Below are positions 1-12,907 of a stretch of DNA of 41,278 nt, piece after piece. Position numbers and translations under genes: made by a program. Location of the stretch: IMG/VR virus record IMGVR_UViG_3300014682_000025; one strand, given 5' to 3'. Under the pieces are notes generated by a model. That model was given only the letters and a program-made list of their open reading frames with translations. It ran no database searches and was not told where the DNA came from. How positions within the stretch are numbered: position 1 is the first letter of the stretch; each line of letters starts with the position of its first letter. The DNA is from a virus (lineage: Duplodnaviria; Heunggongvirae; Uroviricota; Caudoviricetes).

Positions 1-1284
1 TTACAGACTTCTGGAAGGTTGCACAGCTCTTACAACACGCGGTTGATCTTCCGCAGCGTCTTCCAGCGCACTTAAATCACGGTCTTTCACTTCTGGCATT
101 TTCAGCGCAGAGATTAAACCAATCACTGAATATGCCATGATCATAATGGCGATCGGATACCAGGATTCCGTCATGGTGCAGAAAATACCCGCCAGGATAG
201 GACCAAAACCGGAAGCGATAAGACCACCAATTTCTTTAGAAATGGCCATCCGGGTAAAGCGGTTTTTACAGCCGAACATTTCTGCCATGGTAATGTTTTC
301 CAGAGCAAATAATCCCAGCACCGCACAGTTATGAATCACAATCAGTGCAACCATAATGGTGCTCGGGGCATAGCTTTTATCTACAATGATAGAAAGCATT
401 GGCCATGCCAGCACAATCGCGGAGGTATTCATAATAATATACGGGATCCGGCGACCAATTTTATCGGATAACCAACCAAGGAACGGAATGGTCATAAAGC
501 CGAGAATCGAACTAATCATCAATGCATCTGTTGGAATTGCTTTGTTAAACAATAACGTCTGCACTAAATAGCCTGCAAGGAAAGTCTGAATTAACCCGGA
601 GTTACCCGCCTGACCAAAACGCAGCCCTGTTGCCAGCCAGAAGGATTTGCTCTGGAACATGCTACCAGCAGGTGCAGGTTTTGCTGTGGGTTGGTTGCTG
701 TCATTAACCTTCTCAAAGACCGGGCTTTCTTTCAGATTCATACGTAACCAGATAGCAAAGACCATCACGACAACGCTCGCCAGGAACGGTATACGCCATC
801 CCCACGCCAGCAGTTCCTCTTTACTGAGAATGAAGAACATAAAGGCCCAGATTGCCGTTGCGCTCAAGGTTCCGCAGTTAGTTCCCATAGCTACAAATGA
901 GGAGATAATTCCGCGCTTACCTTTTGGTGCATATTCCGCCAGCATCGTACCGGCACCGGAAATTTCCGCACCTGCACCCAACCCCTGAATAATACGCAGC
1001 GTCACCAGCAAGATGGGGGCAAAAACACCAATCTGTGCATAGGTCGGTAACACACCAATTAAGGTGGTACAGATCCCCATCATGGTGATGGTAATAAAGA
1101 GCACTTTTTTACGCCCTATTCTGTCGCCCATTTTGCCGAAAATAAATGCTCCGACAATACGCGCCACATAACCTGCACCGTAGGTTCCCATTGCCAAAAT
1201 TAACGCCATTGCCGTTGATGATTCAGGAAAAAATATTTCATGAAACACTAACGCTGCGCCGAGCGAATATAACTGGAAATCCAT
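1..1284 (-). CDS. ydfJ: MFS-family transporter, 427 aa, many hydrophobic segments; chromosomal flank of the prophage
   Basis: Full-length ORF in track; polytopic membrane protein with MFS-like GxLaDrxGrkk motif (GKMGDRIGRKK); recognised as YdfJ from memory, no search run. Confidence 0.8.
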   Translation of the reverse strand: MDFQLYSLGAALVFHEIFFPESSTAMALILAMGTYGAGYVARIVGAFIFGKMGDRIGRKKVLFITITMMGICTTLIGVLPTYAQIGVFAPILLVTLRIIQGLGAGAEISGAGTMLAEYAPKGKRGIISSFVAMGTNCGTLSATAIWAFMFFILSKEELLAWGWRIPFLASVVVMVFAIWLRMNLKESPVFEKVNDSNQPTAKPAPAGSMFQSKSFWLATGLRFGQAGNSGLIQTFLAGYLVQTLLFNKAIPTDALMISSILGFMTIPFLGWLSDKIGRRIPYIIMNTSAIVLAWPMLSIIVDKSYAPSTIMVALIVIHNCAVLGLFALENITMAEMFGCKNRFTRMAISKEIGGLIASGFGPILAGIFCTMTESWYPIAIMIMAYSVIGLISALKMPEVKDRDLSALEDAAEDQPRVVRAVQPSRSL

Positions 1285-1887
1285 AATTCACAGGTGTTTT
1301 TTCCCATCCTGTGGTTTCCTTGGCGTTTTCTAGGTTTTTTCAGATAGTTGCATTTTTTAAAAAGCATCCTAAGTTCGATCTCAGTGTCTATCTGGGGCCT
1401 ATTTCTGTCCCATATATGCCCCAAAAAAACTCCCCAACAGATAAGTAGTTTTTTCATGGATTTATGCGTAAAATCAAGAACGGCTGGAAATCATTCAATA
1501 CTCACACTATCGAAAAATTTACCAGCCAACCGCAGCACGTTCTTGCATAAGGCGTGTCTGCGGTTTTTCAACTATTCAGATACATCACTCCCATCACATT
1601 CATTCCTCCGCATCAAAGGCATATAGGCTATATCACCTTGATATTTTTCTTCTTCAGATAAAAACTGTTATCTATGTATACTTTTAAACCCAATCCGTGT
1701 AGAGTCTCTGCATAAGATAGTTTGCAGTTGCCGCTTCAGCTTGCGCCATAAACCGCCTGATTTTTGCTGCCACCTGTTAGCATTCCTGTATACCTGAAAC
1801 GACAATGTTTATCTACGAACTTTAAGAACACCCAAGATAAAAATTGTCAACTATATCATATATAACACATTACTAATTCGAGGCTAT

Positions 1888-2001
1888 ATGAACAGCATAC
1901 TGATAATCACTTCTCTCCTTATCATATTCAGCATTTTTAGTCATGCCCTAATAAAATTAGGGATTGGCATATCCAATAACCCAGACAAAACCGATGTATA
2001 A
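1888..2001 (+). CDS. Candidate small hydrophobic peptide, 37 aa ([37 protein letters not shown])
   Basis: ATG with GAGG 4 nt upstream; one predicted TM-like segment; below 60-aa track cutoff; no homology claim. Confidence 0.2.
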
Positions 2002-2069
2002 GCCAACATATCCTGAATCAGACATACAATATCGCAATGAAAATCAATAATATTTTAAGGAATATCTTC

Positions 2070-2303
2070 ATGAAATCAAAAGACACCCTAAAGTGGTTCC
2101 CTGCGCAGCTTCCTGAAGTAAGAATTATCCTAGGGGATGCTGTAGTGGAAGTAGCAAAACAGGGAAGACCTATCAATACCAGAACATTGCTTGATTACAT
2201 TGAAGGAAACATAAAGAAAAAATCATGGCTGGATAACAAAGAATTATTACAAACAGCGATATCAGTTCTTAAAGACAACCAAAATTTAAATGGTAAAATG
2301 TAA
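2070..2303 (+). CDS. ydfK: YdfK-like small prophage protein (77 aa from MKSKDTLKWF)
   Basis: ORF 2037-2303; internal ATG at 2070 preceded by AAGGAA; sequence recognised as YdfK-family. Confidence 0.75.
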   Translation: MKSKDTLKWFPAQLPEVRIILGDAVVEVAKQGRPINTRTLLDYIEGNIKKKSWLDNKELLQTAISVLKDNQNLNGKM

Positions 2304-2532
2304 TATAATAAACTTACTTTTTTATCATTTTTCCACTTTAACAACATTTTGCTCCACTTTTCCACGACCAAACAACTTGAAATCTGGTTAAAATAACACG
2401 CAACACTATTCTTCTTCCTTGAGTCCGCCCGGAACTCGAAAAACAAACCGAGTTAAAGCCATTTTTCACAAAATCGATTTTGGGTCTCACCAAAATTACG
2501 GGGTTGCATACGCATTCGTTTATTTTCGAACG

Positions 2533-2572
2533 TGTACATACAAATATGTACAAAAATAATCAAAATTATTTT
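2533..2572. promoter_or_regulatory. Two adjacent perfect 20-bp dyads (TGTACATA-CAAA-TATGTACA and AAAATAAT-CAAA-ATTATTTT) about 50 bp upstream of pin
   Basis: Read directly from sequence; function unknown. Confidence 0.3.
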
Positions 2573-2619
2573 CTGAGATGCATTATGATATGAACACCAA
2601 TTTCGTATAGAATCTCACT

Positions 2620-3210
2620 ATGTCTCGAATTTTTGCTTACTGTCGGATATCAACGCTGGATCAGACCACCGAAAATCAACGCCGGGAAATCGAAAGTGCA
2701 GGTTTTAAAATCAAACCTCAGCAAATAATCGAAGAACACATTAGCGGCTCAGCAGCAACCAGTGAGCGTCCTGGTTTTAACCGGTTGCTTGCTCGCCTGA
2801 AATGTGGTGATCAATTGATTGTGACAAAACTGGATCGCCTTGGTTGTAATGCAATGGATATCAGGAAAACAGTGGAACAACTGACCGAAACAGGTATCAG
2901 AGTGCATTGCTTAGCATTGGGGGGCATTGACCTGACCAGTCCAACAGGAAAAATGATGATGCAAGTAATTTCAGCAGTCGCTGAATTTGAACGAGACCTT
3001 TTACTTGAACGCACTCATTCCGGGATAGTAAGAGCCCGCGGCGCAGGGAAACGTTTTGGTCGACCACCTGTGTTAAATGAAGAACAGAAACAGGTGGTAT
3101 TCGAACGAATTAAGTCAGGTGTAAGTATAAGTGCCATTGCCCGGGAATTCAAAACCTCGCGGCAAACCATTTTAAGAGCCAAAGCAAAACTTCAGACACC
3201 TGACATATAA
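2620..3210 (+). CDS. pinQ: Serine recombinase / DNA invertase of the Gin/Hin/Pin family, 196 aa
   Basis: N-terminal resolvase catalytic domain (YCRISTLDQ, Ser11) and C-terminal HTH; sits next to tail fibre genes as in Mu, P1 and e14. Confidence 0.9.
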
Positions 3211-3307
3211 AAAATAATCTCGGTGTGAGATGCTTTACGTCTTCCAAGCCCCCTTCCTTGCCGTAAATGGAAAGATACATCTAATTATAGAATTTATATG
3301 TTTTACC

Positions 3308-3883
3308 CTACGGCAGTGCTGGCCATTCAATATCCTGTGCAGTTGACGTATCAACACGGTTCAGCAATACCCGATACTTTTTCCATGCTTCCAGCAACGA
3401 GATTTCTTCCTCCGTTGCAATTTCCAGATCTGCAGCATCCTGAAGCGGCGCAATATGCTCACTGGCTACCTGCATCAGGTTGTTTTTTGTTTCTTCCGCC
3501 TCCCGGATCCGGAACAGTTTTTCTGCTTCCGTATCCTTCACCCAGGCTGTGCCGTTCCACTTCTGAAACTCCCCTTCCGGGGATAACCAGGTGACATTTT
3601 CCGGTAATGGGCCAAGTTCAGAAATAAATAACGCGTCGCCGGAAGCCACGTCATAGACGGTTTTACCCCGATGATCTTCAACGAGATGCCACGATGCCTC
3701 ATCACTGTTGAAAACAGCCACGAAGCCAGCCGGAATATCTGGCGGTGCAATATAGGAACTGTTTGCTGGCAGACCTGTATGAGGCGGAATATATGCGTCA
3801 CCTTCACCAATAAATTCATTAGTTCCTGCCAGCAGATTATAAATTTTTATGGTCCGTGGTTGTTCACTCATTCTGAATGCCAT
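3308..3883 (-). CDS. tfa: Tail fibre assembly protein Tfa, 191 aa
   Basis: N-terminus [24 protein letters not shown] matches lambda Tfa; start overlaps stf stop (ATGA). Confidence 0.85.
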   Translation of the reverse strand: MAFRMSEQPRTIKIYNLLAGTNEFIGEGDAYIPPHTGLPANSSYIAPPDIPAGFVAVFNSDEASWHLVEDHRGKTVYDVASGDALFISELGPLPENVTWLSPEGEFQKWNGTAWVKDTEAEKLFRIREAEETKNNLMQVASEHIAPLQDAADLEIATEEEISLLEAWKKYRVLLNRVDTSTAQDIEWPALP

Positions 3884-6798
3884 TATGCAAGCCTCACAAT
3901 GTAGTTAAATGCGATGTTTTTGACAGTGTTTTCCGCGTTACCAGCAGCGTTAACGGTGATGGTGTGTCCATGTGAGCCAATCGCAACAGAGTGCGTATGA
4001 GCACCAATACCGACAGTATGTGCGTGAGCACCTGCAGATGCAGCTGTGCCGCTGACACTATGAGTGTGCGCTCCTGCAGCACTTGTATTCACACTGGCCG
4101 CAGACACTACCTTATGTACTGACCCATTTTGTGACCACTGGCTGACTGCTGATGCGCCTGTGACACTATGAGTATGGTTTCCGGCACTTGCGGCTGTACC
4201 GCTCACACTGTGCGTATGCGCCCCGGTGTTATTCGTGGATTTAGTGCCGTAATCAAACGACGATGTGGTTTTCGTCCCCAAATCCGTACTGGATGCACTG
4301 GCGCTGTGGGTGTGCGATTTAATGCCGTCCTGTTCCTGAGATAATACGGCCCGACCACTGGCAGGTTTGCCCTTAATCGTCCAGCCACGCATATCAGGGA
4401 TCACGCCTGACGGATAAGCGGTTGCAAGTTTCGGGTAAGCGGATTTGTCAAAAGTCTGCCCCTGCATCAGGGCATAACCAGACGGAACGGTATCTGATGG
4501 CCACGGGATTGGTGCGCCAGGCGGATAAAACTGCTCTGATGGCGTATAGAGTGAATAAACTGTACCGTCCGTTAACCCTTCCGGCTTATTAGCAGAATAT
4601 GCTGGTGACGTATGAATAGTCACGCTGGCATTACTGGTATAATCCCATTGAATATTTACACCAGTCGCATAATTTCCGATTGCAACGTAAATATCGTAAG
4701 TATCACCAGATGTATTGACCCAGGCAAAATTTGTAAACCCTGTCGATGTGCGCTGCCATAAAGCACCAGTAATCCCCTTCGGATTACCATTACCTGCACG
4801 CAAAACAAGTTCAGATATACCTGCCTGTTGAGGTGACCCCACGTTAAATCCCGCGCCACCAATCAACGTAATTGAAACAACAGAACTCGCCTGTGGCATG
4901 GTTACCGTTGCTAATTTGAACCAACCAGCACCACCGCTGAAGGACATTGTTGTTGAGTTAAGCGTACCAATATCTTTCGGCGTCAGTGTTATATCCGCTG
5001 AAAGCGCCTTACCATTCACCTTACGGGCAGAAGGTACCCGACCATTCGCATTATCATTAGCTGCTTTCACTGCTTTCGGTGTCGCGGCAAGCGTTTCAGA
5101 TGCGCTGTTGGTTGCACTACTGAGCTGGACAATTCCTTTTTGTGCTGTCGTAGCGTCCTGAGCAGTATATTTCCCGTTAGCAAGGTCATAGGCTGCCTTT
5201 ACCGACTTTGGCGTTGCCGCCAGCATTTCAGATGTGCTGTTGGTCGCGCTGCTGAGCTGAACTATCCCTTTCTGTGCTGTCGTTGCATCCTGTGCGGTGT
5301 ATTTCCCGTTAGCCAGCTCATACGCGGCCTTAACGGCTTTTGGCGTTGCCGCCAGTGACTCGGAAGTGCTGTTAGTCGCACTGCTGAGCTGTACTATCCC
5401 CTTTTTCGTCGTGCTCGCATCCTCAAGCGCCACGGCGGATGCAATATCCTCTGCCCGTTTTGCCGCTGTCTCGGCGCGCGTTGCCGCGGATTCCGCCGTA
5501 CTTTTGCTCTGAGCTGCCGCCGTCGCACTGCCAGCTGCCTCTGTCGCCTTCGTGGATGCCGTCGTGGCGCTGCCCTTTGCTGCTGACGCCTGTCTGGTCG
5601 CCTCATCTTTTGAAGCAGACGCAGATGATGCCGATGACGCCGCCGAACTGGCGGACGATGCGGCAGCCGTTTTTGAGGATTCTGCGCTGGTTTCCGACGC
5701 TTTCGCGTTCGTCTCGGATGTCTTCGCTGCGGAAGCAGACCTCGCTGCTGCGCTGGCCTGTTCAGTGGCTTCGCCAGCCTTCGTTGTGGCTGTTGAAGCG
5801 GACGATGCGGCGCTTTCTGCCGATTTTCCGGCAGCGGTGGCACTGGCTGAGGCCTGCCCGGCACTTGTTGACGCGGCACTGGCAGACGACGCAGCCGCTG
5901 TTTTTGAGCCTGCCGCAGCTGAGGCGCTCTGTCCCGCTGCCGTCTCAGAAGACCTGGCGTTCGTCTCGGACGTTTTTGCCGCCTTCGCGGAATTTGCTGC
6001 CGCCGTTGCCGAGGAAGCTGCGCTACTGGCGCTCGAGGATGCGTTCGTTTCTGATGATTTTGCCGCCTCTTTTGAAGCCGACGCATCCCGGGCTGAGGTG
6101 GCAGCTTCTGACGCTTTCGTAGTCGCGGTGGATGCAGAAGTGGCGGCTGATTGTTGTGACGCTGCAGCATTCGTTTCTGACGTTTTCGCGGCAGCGGCAC
6201 TGGTAGCTGCCGCGCTTTTTGAGGACTCTGCAGCGGCAGCACTTTTTTCCGCTTCAGTGGCCTTTGTTGATGCCGTTCCTGCGCTGGAAGACGCTGACTG
6301 AGCCGACGAAGCGGCCTGTCCGGCTGACGTGCTGGCTGCACGTGCTGAATCTGCAGCATCAGTCGCATGGGTTGCCGCCTCACGGGCAGATGTGCCGGCA
6401 TCACTGGCTGACTTCTTCGCGGCTGCCGTGTTCTGTGCCACCACGGACGCGTTACGCGCCACCTCTTCCACCATCTGTTCAAAACGGCGCAGTGCCTCCG
6501 GACGGGCATCATCCTCCGTCATGGCACCGAGAAAATCATTCAGCGTACCGGGTTGAGAATCTTCATACACGGTGATGGTCCCGGCATGTGACGGCGGGAA
6601 TCCTTCCACCAACAGAATAACGCTGTACTGCCCGTACTCAACGTCCATGCTGTAACGCCCGGCTTCATCCGGATTTTCTGAGGCCAGCGTGTTCACCACC
6701 ACCGTGGTGCTGTTACGTTTTGCTTTCAGCTGGATTGTGCAGTTCTGTACCGGTTTTCCTGTGCCGTCTTTCAGTACACCTGAAATCTTTACTGCCAT
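3883..6798 (-). CDS. stf: Side tail fibre protein Stf (about 971 aa from MAVKISG), apparently intact
   Basis: Track ORF 3883-6804 starts at GTG; ATG two codons downstream gives lambda-like [12 protein letters not shown]; Ala/Ser/Thr-rich low-complexity region, [11 protein letters not shown] repeats, C-terminal H-x-H repeats. Confidence 0.85.
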   Translation of the reverse strand: MAVKISGVLKDGTGKPVQNCTIQLKAKRNSTTVVVNTLASENPDEAGRYSMDVEYGQYSVILLVEGFPPSHAGTITVYEDSQPGTLNDFLGAMTEDDARPEALRRFEQMVEEVARNASVVAQNTAAAKKSASDAGTSAREAATHATDAADSARAASTSAGQAASSAQSASSSAGTASTKATEAEKSAAAAESSKSAAATSAAAAKTSETNAAASQQSAATSASTATTKASEAATSARDASASKEAAKSSETNASSSASSAASSATAAANSAKAAKTSETNARSSETAAGQSASAAAGSKTAAASSASAASTSAGQASASATAAGKSAESAASSASTATTKAGEATEQASAAARSASAAKTSETNAKASETSAESSKTAAASSASSAASSASSASASKDEATRQASAAKGSATTASTKATEAAGSATAAAQSKSTAESAATRAETAAKRAEDIASAVALEDASTTKKGIVQLSSATNSTSESLAATPKAVKAAYELANGKYTAQDATTAQKGIVQLSSATNSTSEMLAATPKSVKAAYDLANGKYTAQDATTAQKGIVQLSSATNSASETLAATPKAVKAANDNANGRVPSARKVNGKALSADITLTPKDIGTLNSTTMSFSGGAGWFKLATVTMPQASSVVSITLIGGAGFNVGSPQQAGISELVLRAGNGNPKGITGALWQRTSTGFTNFAWVNTSGDTYDIYVAIGNYATGVNIQWDYTSNASVTIHTSPAYSANKPEGLTDGTVYSLYTPSEQFYPPGAPIPWPSDTVPSGYALMQGQTFDKSAYPKLATAYPSGVIPDMRGWTIKGKPASGRAVLSQEQDGIKSHTHSASASSTDLGTKTTSSFDYGTKSTNNTGAHTHSVSGTAASAGNHTHSVTGASAVSQWSQNGSVHKVVSAASVNTSAAGAHTHSVSGTAASAGAHAHTVGIGAHTHSVAIGSHGHTITVNAAGNAENTVKNIAFNYIVRLA
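5045..5425. repeat. About three tandem copies of a 132-bp (44-aa) repeat within stf
   Basis: Repeated DNA and repeated peptide [41 protein letters not shown]; boundaries approximate. Confidence 0.7.
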
Positions 6799-6809
6799 AT
6801 TCACCCCAC

Positions 6810-6835
6810 AAAAAAGCCCGCCTGAACCGGCGGGC
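6810..6835 (-). terminator. Intrinsic-terminator-like hairpin (GCCCGCC...GGCGGGC plus T6) between lom and stf
   Basis: Read from sequence; the T-tract abuts the stf ribosome-binding region. Confidence 0.45.
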
Positions 6836-6862
6836 TGTCATAACACTGTGTTACCTGGCTAA

Positions 6863-7462
6863 TCAGAATTTATAACCAACCCCCACGAAGAACCCGTCAG
6901 TGCGCCAGTCGCCACTGCCGGAGCCTTCATAAGCGATATCAATGGCCACGGATTCGGTCGGGTTAAACTGCACGCCAGCCCCCCACGCCAGAGACGTGTT
7001 GCTGTGGCGACCGTCATCACTTCCGGTCAGCACATCGTGCGTTTTCCCCTTGTTGTCAGTTACGCGGAGATAATCCCCGGAGAAAGTCGACACACGGCTG
7101 TAAGCCACACCCGCCATCGTATACGCGCTGAACCATTCATTCACGCGTACAGACGGCCCCGCCATCACGCTGAACCAGCGGTTACGAACGGAATCTTCAT
7201 GCCAGCGGGTATCGCTGTAACGGGTCAGCTGGCGATTCTTGTCTCCTGCATAGCTGAATGACGTCACCAGCCCCAGTGTGTCCGTAAACTCATAACGGTA
7301 TTTCACGTTAATCCCGTTCAGATCATCGCTGCCGGGAACGTTCGTCGAGGCATGAAGATACCCCGCGCTCAGCGTGGACTGATGTTCAGACGCCCATGCA
7401 GGCGCACCGGATACGGCCAGACAAATGGCTGCGGACAAAATGGCGGCATAAAGTTTACGCAT
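6863..7462 (-). CDS. lom: Lom-like outer membrane beta-barrel protein (Ail/Lom/OmpX family), 199 aa with signal peptide
   Basis: Signal peptide MRKLYAAILSAAICLAVSGAPAWA, C-terminal GVGYKF; position between J and stf as in lambda. Confidence 0.85.
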   Translation of the reverse strand: MRKLYAAILSAAICLAVSGAPAWASEHQSTLSAGYLHASTNVPGSDDLNGINVKYRYEFTDTLGLVTSFSYAGDKNRQLTRYSDTRWHEDSVRNRWFSVMAGPSVRVNEWFSAYTMAGVAYSRVSTFSGDYLRVTDNKGKTHDVLTGSDDGRHSNTSLAWGAGVQFNPTESVAIDIAYEGSGSGDWRTDGFFVGVGYKF

Positions 7463-7528
7463 AATTACCTCTCGCTTTTCTGCAATAAAAAAGGCGTCAT
7501 TTCTGACGCCCGTTCTGGGTTATAAAAT

Positions 7529-10845
<3,317 letters not shown>

Positions 10846-10905
10846 TCCTCACGCTCCATAAACGATAAAACCGCCCGGAGGCGGTTTCACATAAAACATT
10901 TTGCA

Positions 10906-11553
10906 TCAGCGACCAATCACCACAACCTGACCACCATCCCCTTCGTCTGCCGTGCTGATCTCCTGAGAAACCACACGTGACCCCACGCGCATTTCACCGT
11001 ACAGAACAGGCAGAACATTGCCCTGGGCAACCATGTTATCCAGTGAGGAGAAATAGGTGTTCTGTTTGCCGTTATCTGTACTGGCTGCCGTGGGCGTCCT
11101 GGCTTTCGGTGCCAGCATCTGCGCCACTCCGCCCAGGATCATACTGGCCCCTGCCGCATACATGCCCGATACAGCCGCGGCCCCCAGCCAGCCCACAGGG
11201 TTCCACCATGCCACCGCAATCAGCGCCGCCCCAAGCACCACCTGAAACACACCGCCACTTTTAGCTCCCGCCAGACGCGGCACGATGTGGATCACGGCAC
11301 CATTTGCCAGCGGCTCATTAAGACGGGCAGATAATTCATTTTCGCCTGCATCACGCCCGGCAATGCGCACCTGATACCAGCCCTCATTCAGTTTCTGACG
11401 AAACACCGGGAGCTGTGTGGCCAGTGCCCGGATGGCTTCAGCCCCCGTTTTCACACGAAGGTCGATACGGCGACCAAATCGTTGCAAATCCCCGTAAAGG
11501 CAGATGCGTGCCATGCCCGGTGACGCCAGAGGGAGTGTGTGCGTCGCTGCCAT
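10906..11553 (-). CDS. I: Tail assembly protein I
   Basis: MAATHTLPLASPGMARICLYGDLQRFGRR resembles lambda gpI; true start may be the internal Met; overlaps K. Confidence 0.75.
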   Translation of the reverse strand: MAATHTLPLASPGMARICLYGDLQRFGRRIDLRVKTGAEAIRALATQLPVFRQKLNEGWYQVRIAGRDAGENELSARLNEPLANGAVIHIVPRLAGAKSGGVFQVVLGAALIAVAWWNPVGWLGAAAVSGMYAAGASMILGGVAQMLAPKARTPTAASTDNGKQNTYFSSLDNMVAQGNVLPVLYGEMRVGSRVVSQEISTADEGDGGQVVVIGR

Positions 11554-12203
11554 TTGTCGGTGTACCTCTCTCGTTTACTCAGTTGTTCAGGAATATGGTG
11601 CAGCAGCTCGCCGTCGCCACAGTAAATGGCGGCATGATTCGGCACCGATGAACCAAAACAGCACAGCAGCACATCGCCCGGCTGGGCCGCTGACAACGGC
11701 ACCTGATACAACCCCGTTGCCTCCATATTATCCAGATAGAGATTCTGGCCGTGACGCCACCAGTCATCCCCGCGATGAAAATCCGGCATCTCAATTCCCG
11801 CCAGATGGTAAGCGTCCCGGAACAGCGTGTAACAGTCCGTCACCCCGTGCTCAAAGCGCCGCCCGGTGAGATGCGGCACACAACGGAATTTATGAATCGC
11901 CCCCCGGCAGACCAGCCACCACGGCAAATCACTCTGCACCTGCAGCCGCCGGTCGGCCTCACTCAGCCAGGGCAGACCACCGGGGTGGCTGTGGACCAGC
12001 GCCACAATCTCTCCCTGCATTTCTGCACTCAGCCAGTCCTCCGGCGACATCCGGAAATACGCCTCCGGCTCACCAGAGATATTCACGCAGGGAAAATATC
12101 TTTCCCCCTCCGGTGTTCTCACCACGAAGCCGCACGACTCCGCTGGCGCACATCGCCGGGCGTGCGCCAGAATCGCTGATTCTGTCTCTGTCATGGGATT
12201 CAC
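11451..12203 (-). CDS. K: Tail assembly protein K (JAB/MPN plus NlpC/P60-like)
   Basis: HSHP motif and Cys/His peptidase-like region; gene order L-K-I. Confidence 0.8.
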   Translation of the reverse strand: MNPMTETESAILAHARRCAPAESCGFVVRTPEGERYFPCVNISGEPEAYFRMSPEDWLSAEMQGEIVALVHSHPGGLPWLSEADRRLQVQSDLPWWLVCRGAIHKFRCVPHLTGRRFEHGVTDCYTLFRDAYHLAGIEMPDFHRGDDWWRHGQNLYLDNMEATGLYQVPLSAAQPGDVLLCCFGSSVPNHAAIYCGDGELLHHIPEQLSKRERYTDKWQRRTHSLWRHRAWHASAFTGICNDLVAVSTFV

Positions 12204-12898
12204 TGCGAAAGTTTGTTAATGGAAAGGAAGCCGCCAAAGTTGCCGACGTTATTGCGAAACTTACAGCCGCTCAGGCATTTGCTGCATTTATCCTTCGTGA
12301 TATCGGACGTCGGCTGATCATATTCATCCGCGACCGCCGGACCGTGATAACCGCACTCGTCACCGCGATAGGTCCAGGTGCAGGTGTTGGCCAGCATGAT
12401 GCGCCCCGGAAAAACGGCACCGTCCGTTTCCGTCGGCGTGGACAGTACAAAAGAGGCACTCACCGCGCTCAGTTCGCTGCACTGCTCGATGCGCCAGCGG
12501 CTGATCACCTCCTGCTCCGGATCGGCGTCACTGTTTCCGTTGACGAAGTTCACCGCATCCAGAAAACGGGCGTAAACCTTACGCCTGACCACCGTTCCGC
12601 CGACCAGACTCTGCAGATCTTCCGCCATCCCGGTGACCATGCCGTGCAGGTTAGAAACCGTCAGTGTCGGACGGGCAGCACTGCCCTTGCCATTCAGTTC
12701 AAATCCCGTCCCCTGAATGGGGTATGCCTGATACTGCCGCCCCTGCCAGGTAACCGGCTCACCTTTTTCGTTCTGCTCATTACAGAAAAAATAACGTTCA
12801 CCACCGACCTCTGTCAGATCGATTTCCCAGAGCACCACCTGGGCTGACTGAGTGAGGCGTGTCGTCTCATGATGTGTTTCCTGTGGAATATCCTGCAT
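12200..12898 (-). CDS. L: Minor tail protein L
   Basis: 232 aa with C-terminal Cys cluster (CSKCLSGCKF); position after M. Confidence 0.85.
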   Translation of the reverse strand: MQDIPQETHHETTRLTQSAQVVLWEIDLTEVGGERYFFCNEQNEKGEPVTWQGRQYQAYPIQGTGFELNGKGSAARPTLTVSNLHGMVTGMAEDLQSLVGGTVVRRKVYARFLDAVNFVNGNSDADPEQEVISRWRIEQCSELSAVSASFVLSTPTETDGAVFPGRIMLANTCTWTYRGDECGYHGPAVADEYDQPTSDITKDKCSKCLSGCKFRNNVGNFGGFLSINKLSQ

Positions 12899-12907
12899 CA
12901 GAGCCTC

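Noticed and set aside
1248-1626. Short ORFs (69 and 92 aa) at the ydfJ 5-prime end and upstream region
   Set aside because: They overlap the ydfJ start and promoter region and have no start signals; likely noise.
2195-2553. Minus-strand ORFs of 83 and 71 aa between ydfK and pin
   Set aside because: AT-rich intergenic region, Phe/Ile/Lys-rich translations, overlap ydfK 3-prime end and the pin promoter region.
3211-3307. Possibility that the 98-bp pin-tfa spacer hides a second, inverted tfa or stf C-terminal cassette
   Set aside because: Too short to encode any tail-fibre segment; only a weak gix-like core is present.
5394-6575. Large plus- and minus-strand ORFs (372-aa Arg/Pro-rich, 249-aa Ala/Asp-rich, 227-aa, 118-aa) overlapping the stf low-complexity region
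   Set aside because: They are alternative-frame readings of GC-rich repetitive Ala/Ser codons; implausible composition and entirely inside a well-supported tail fibre gene.
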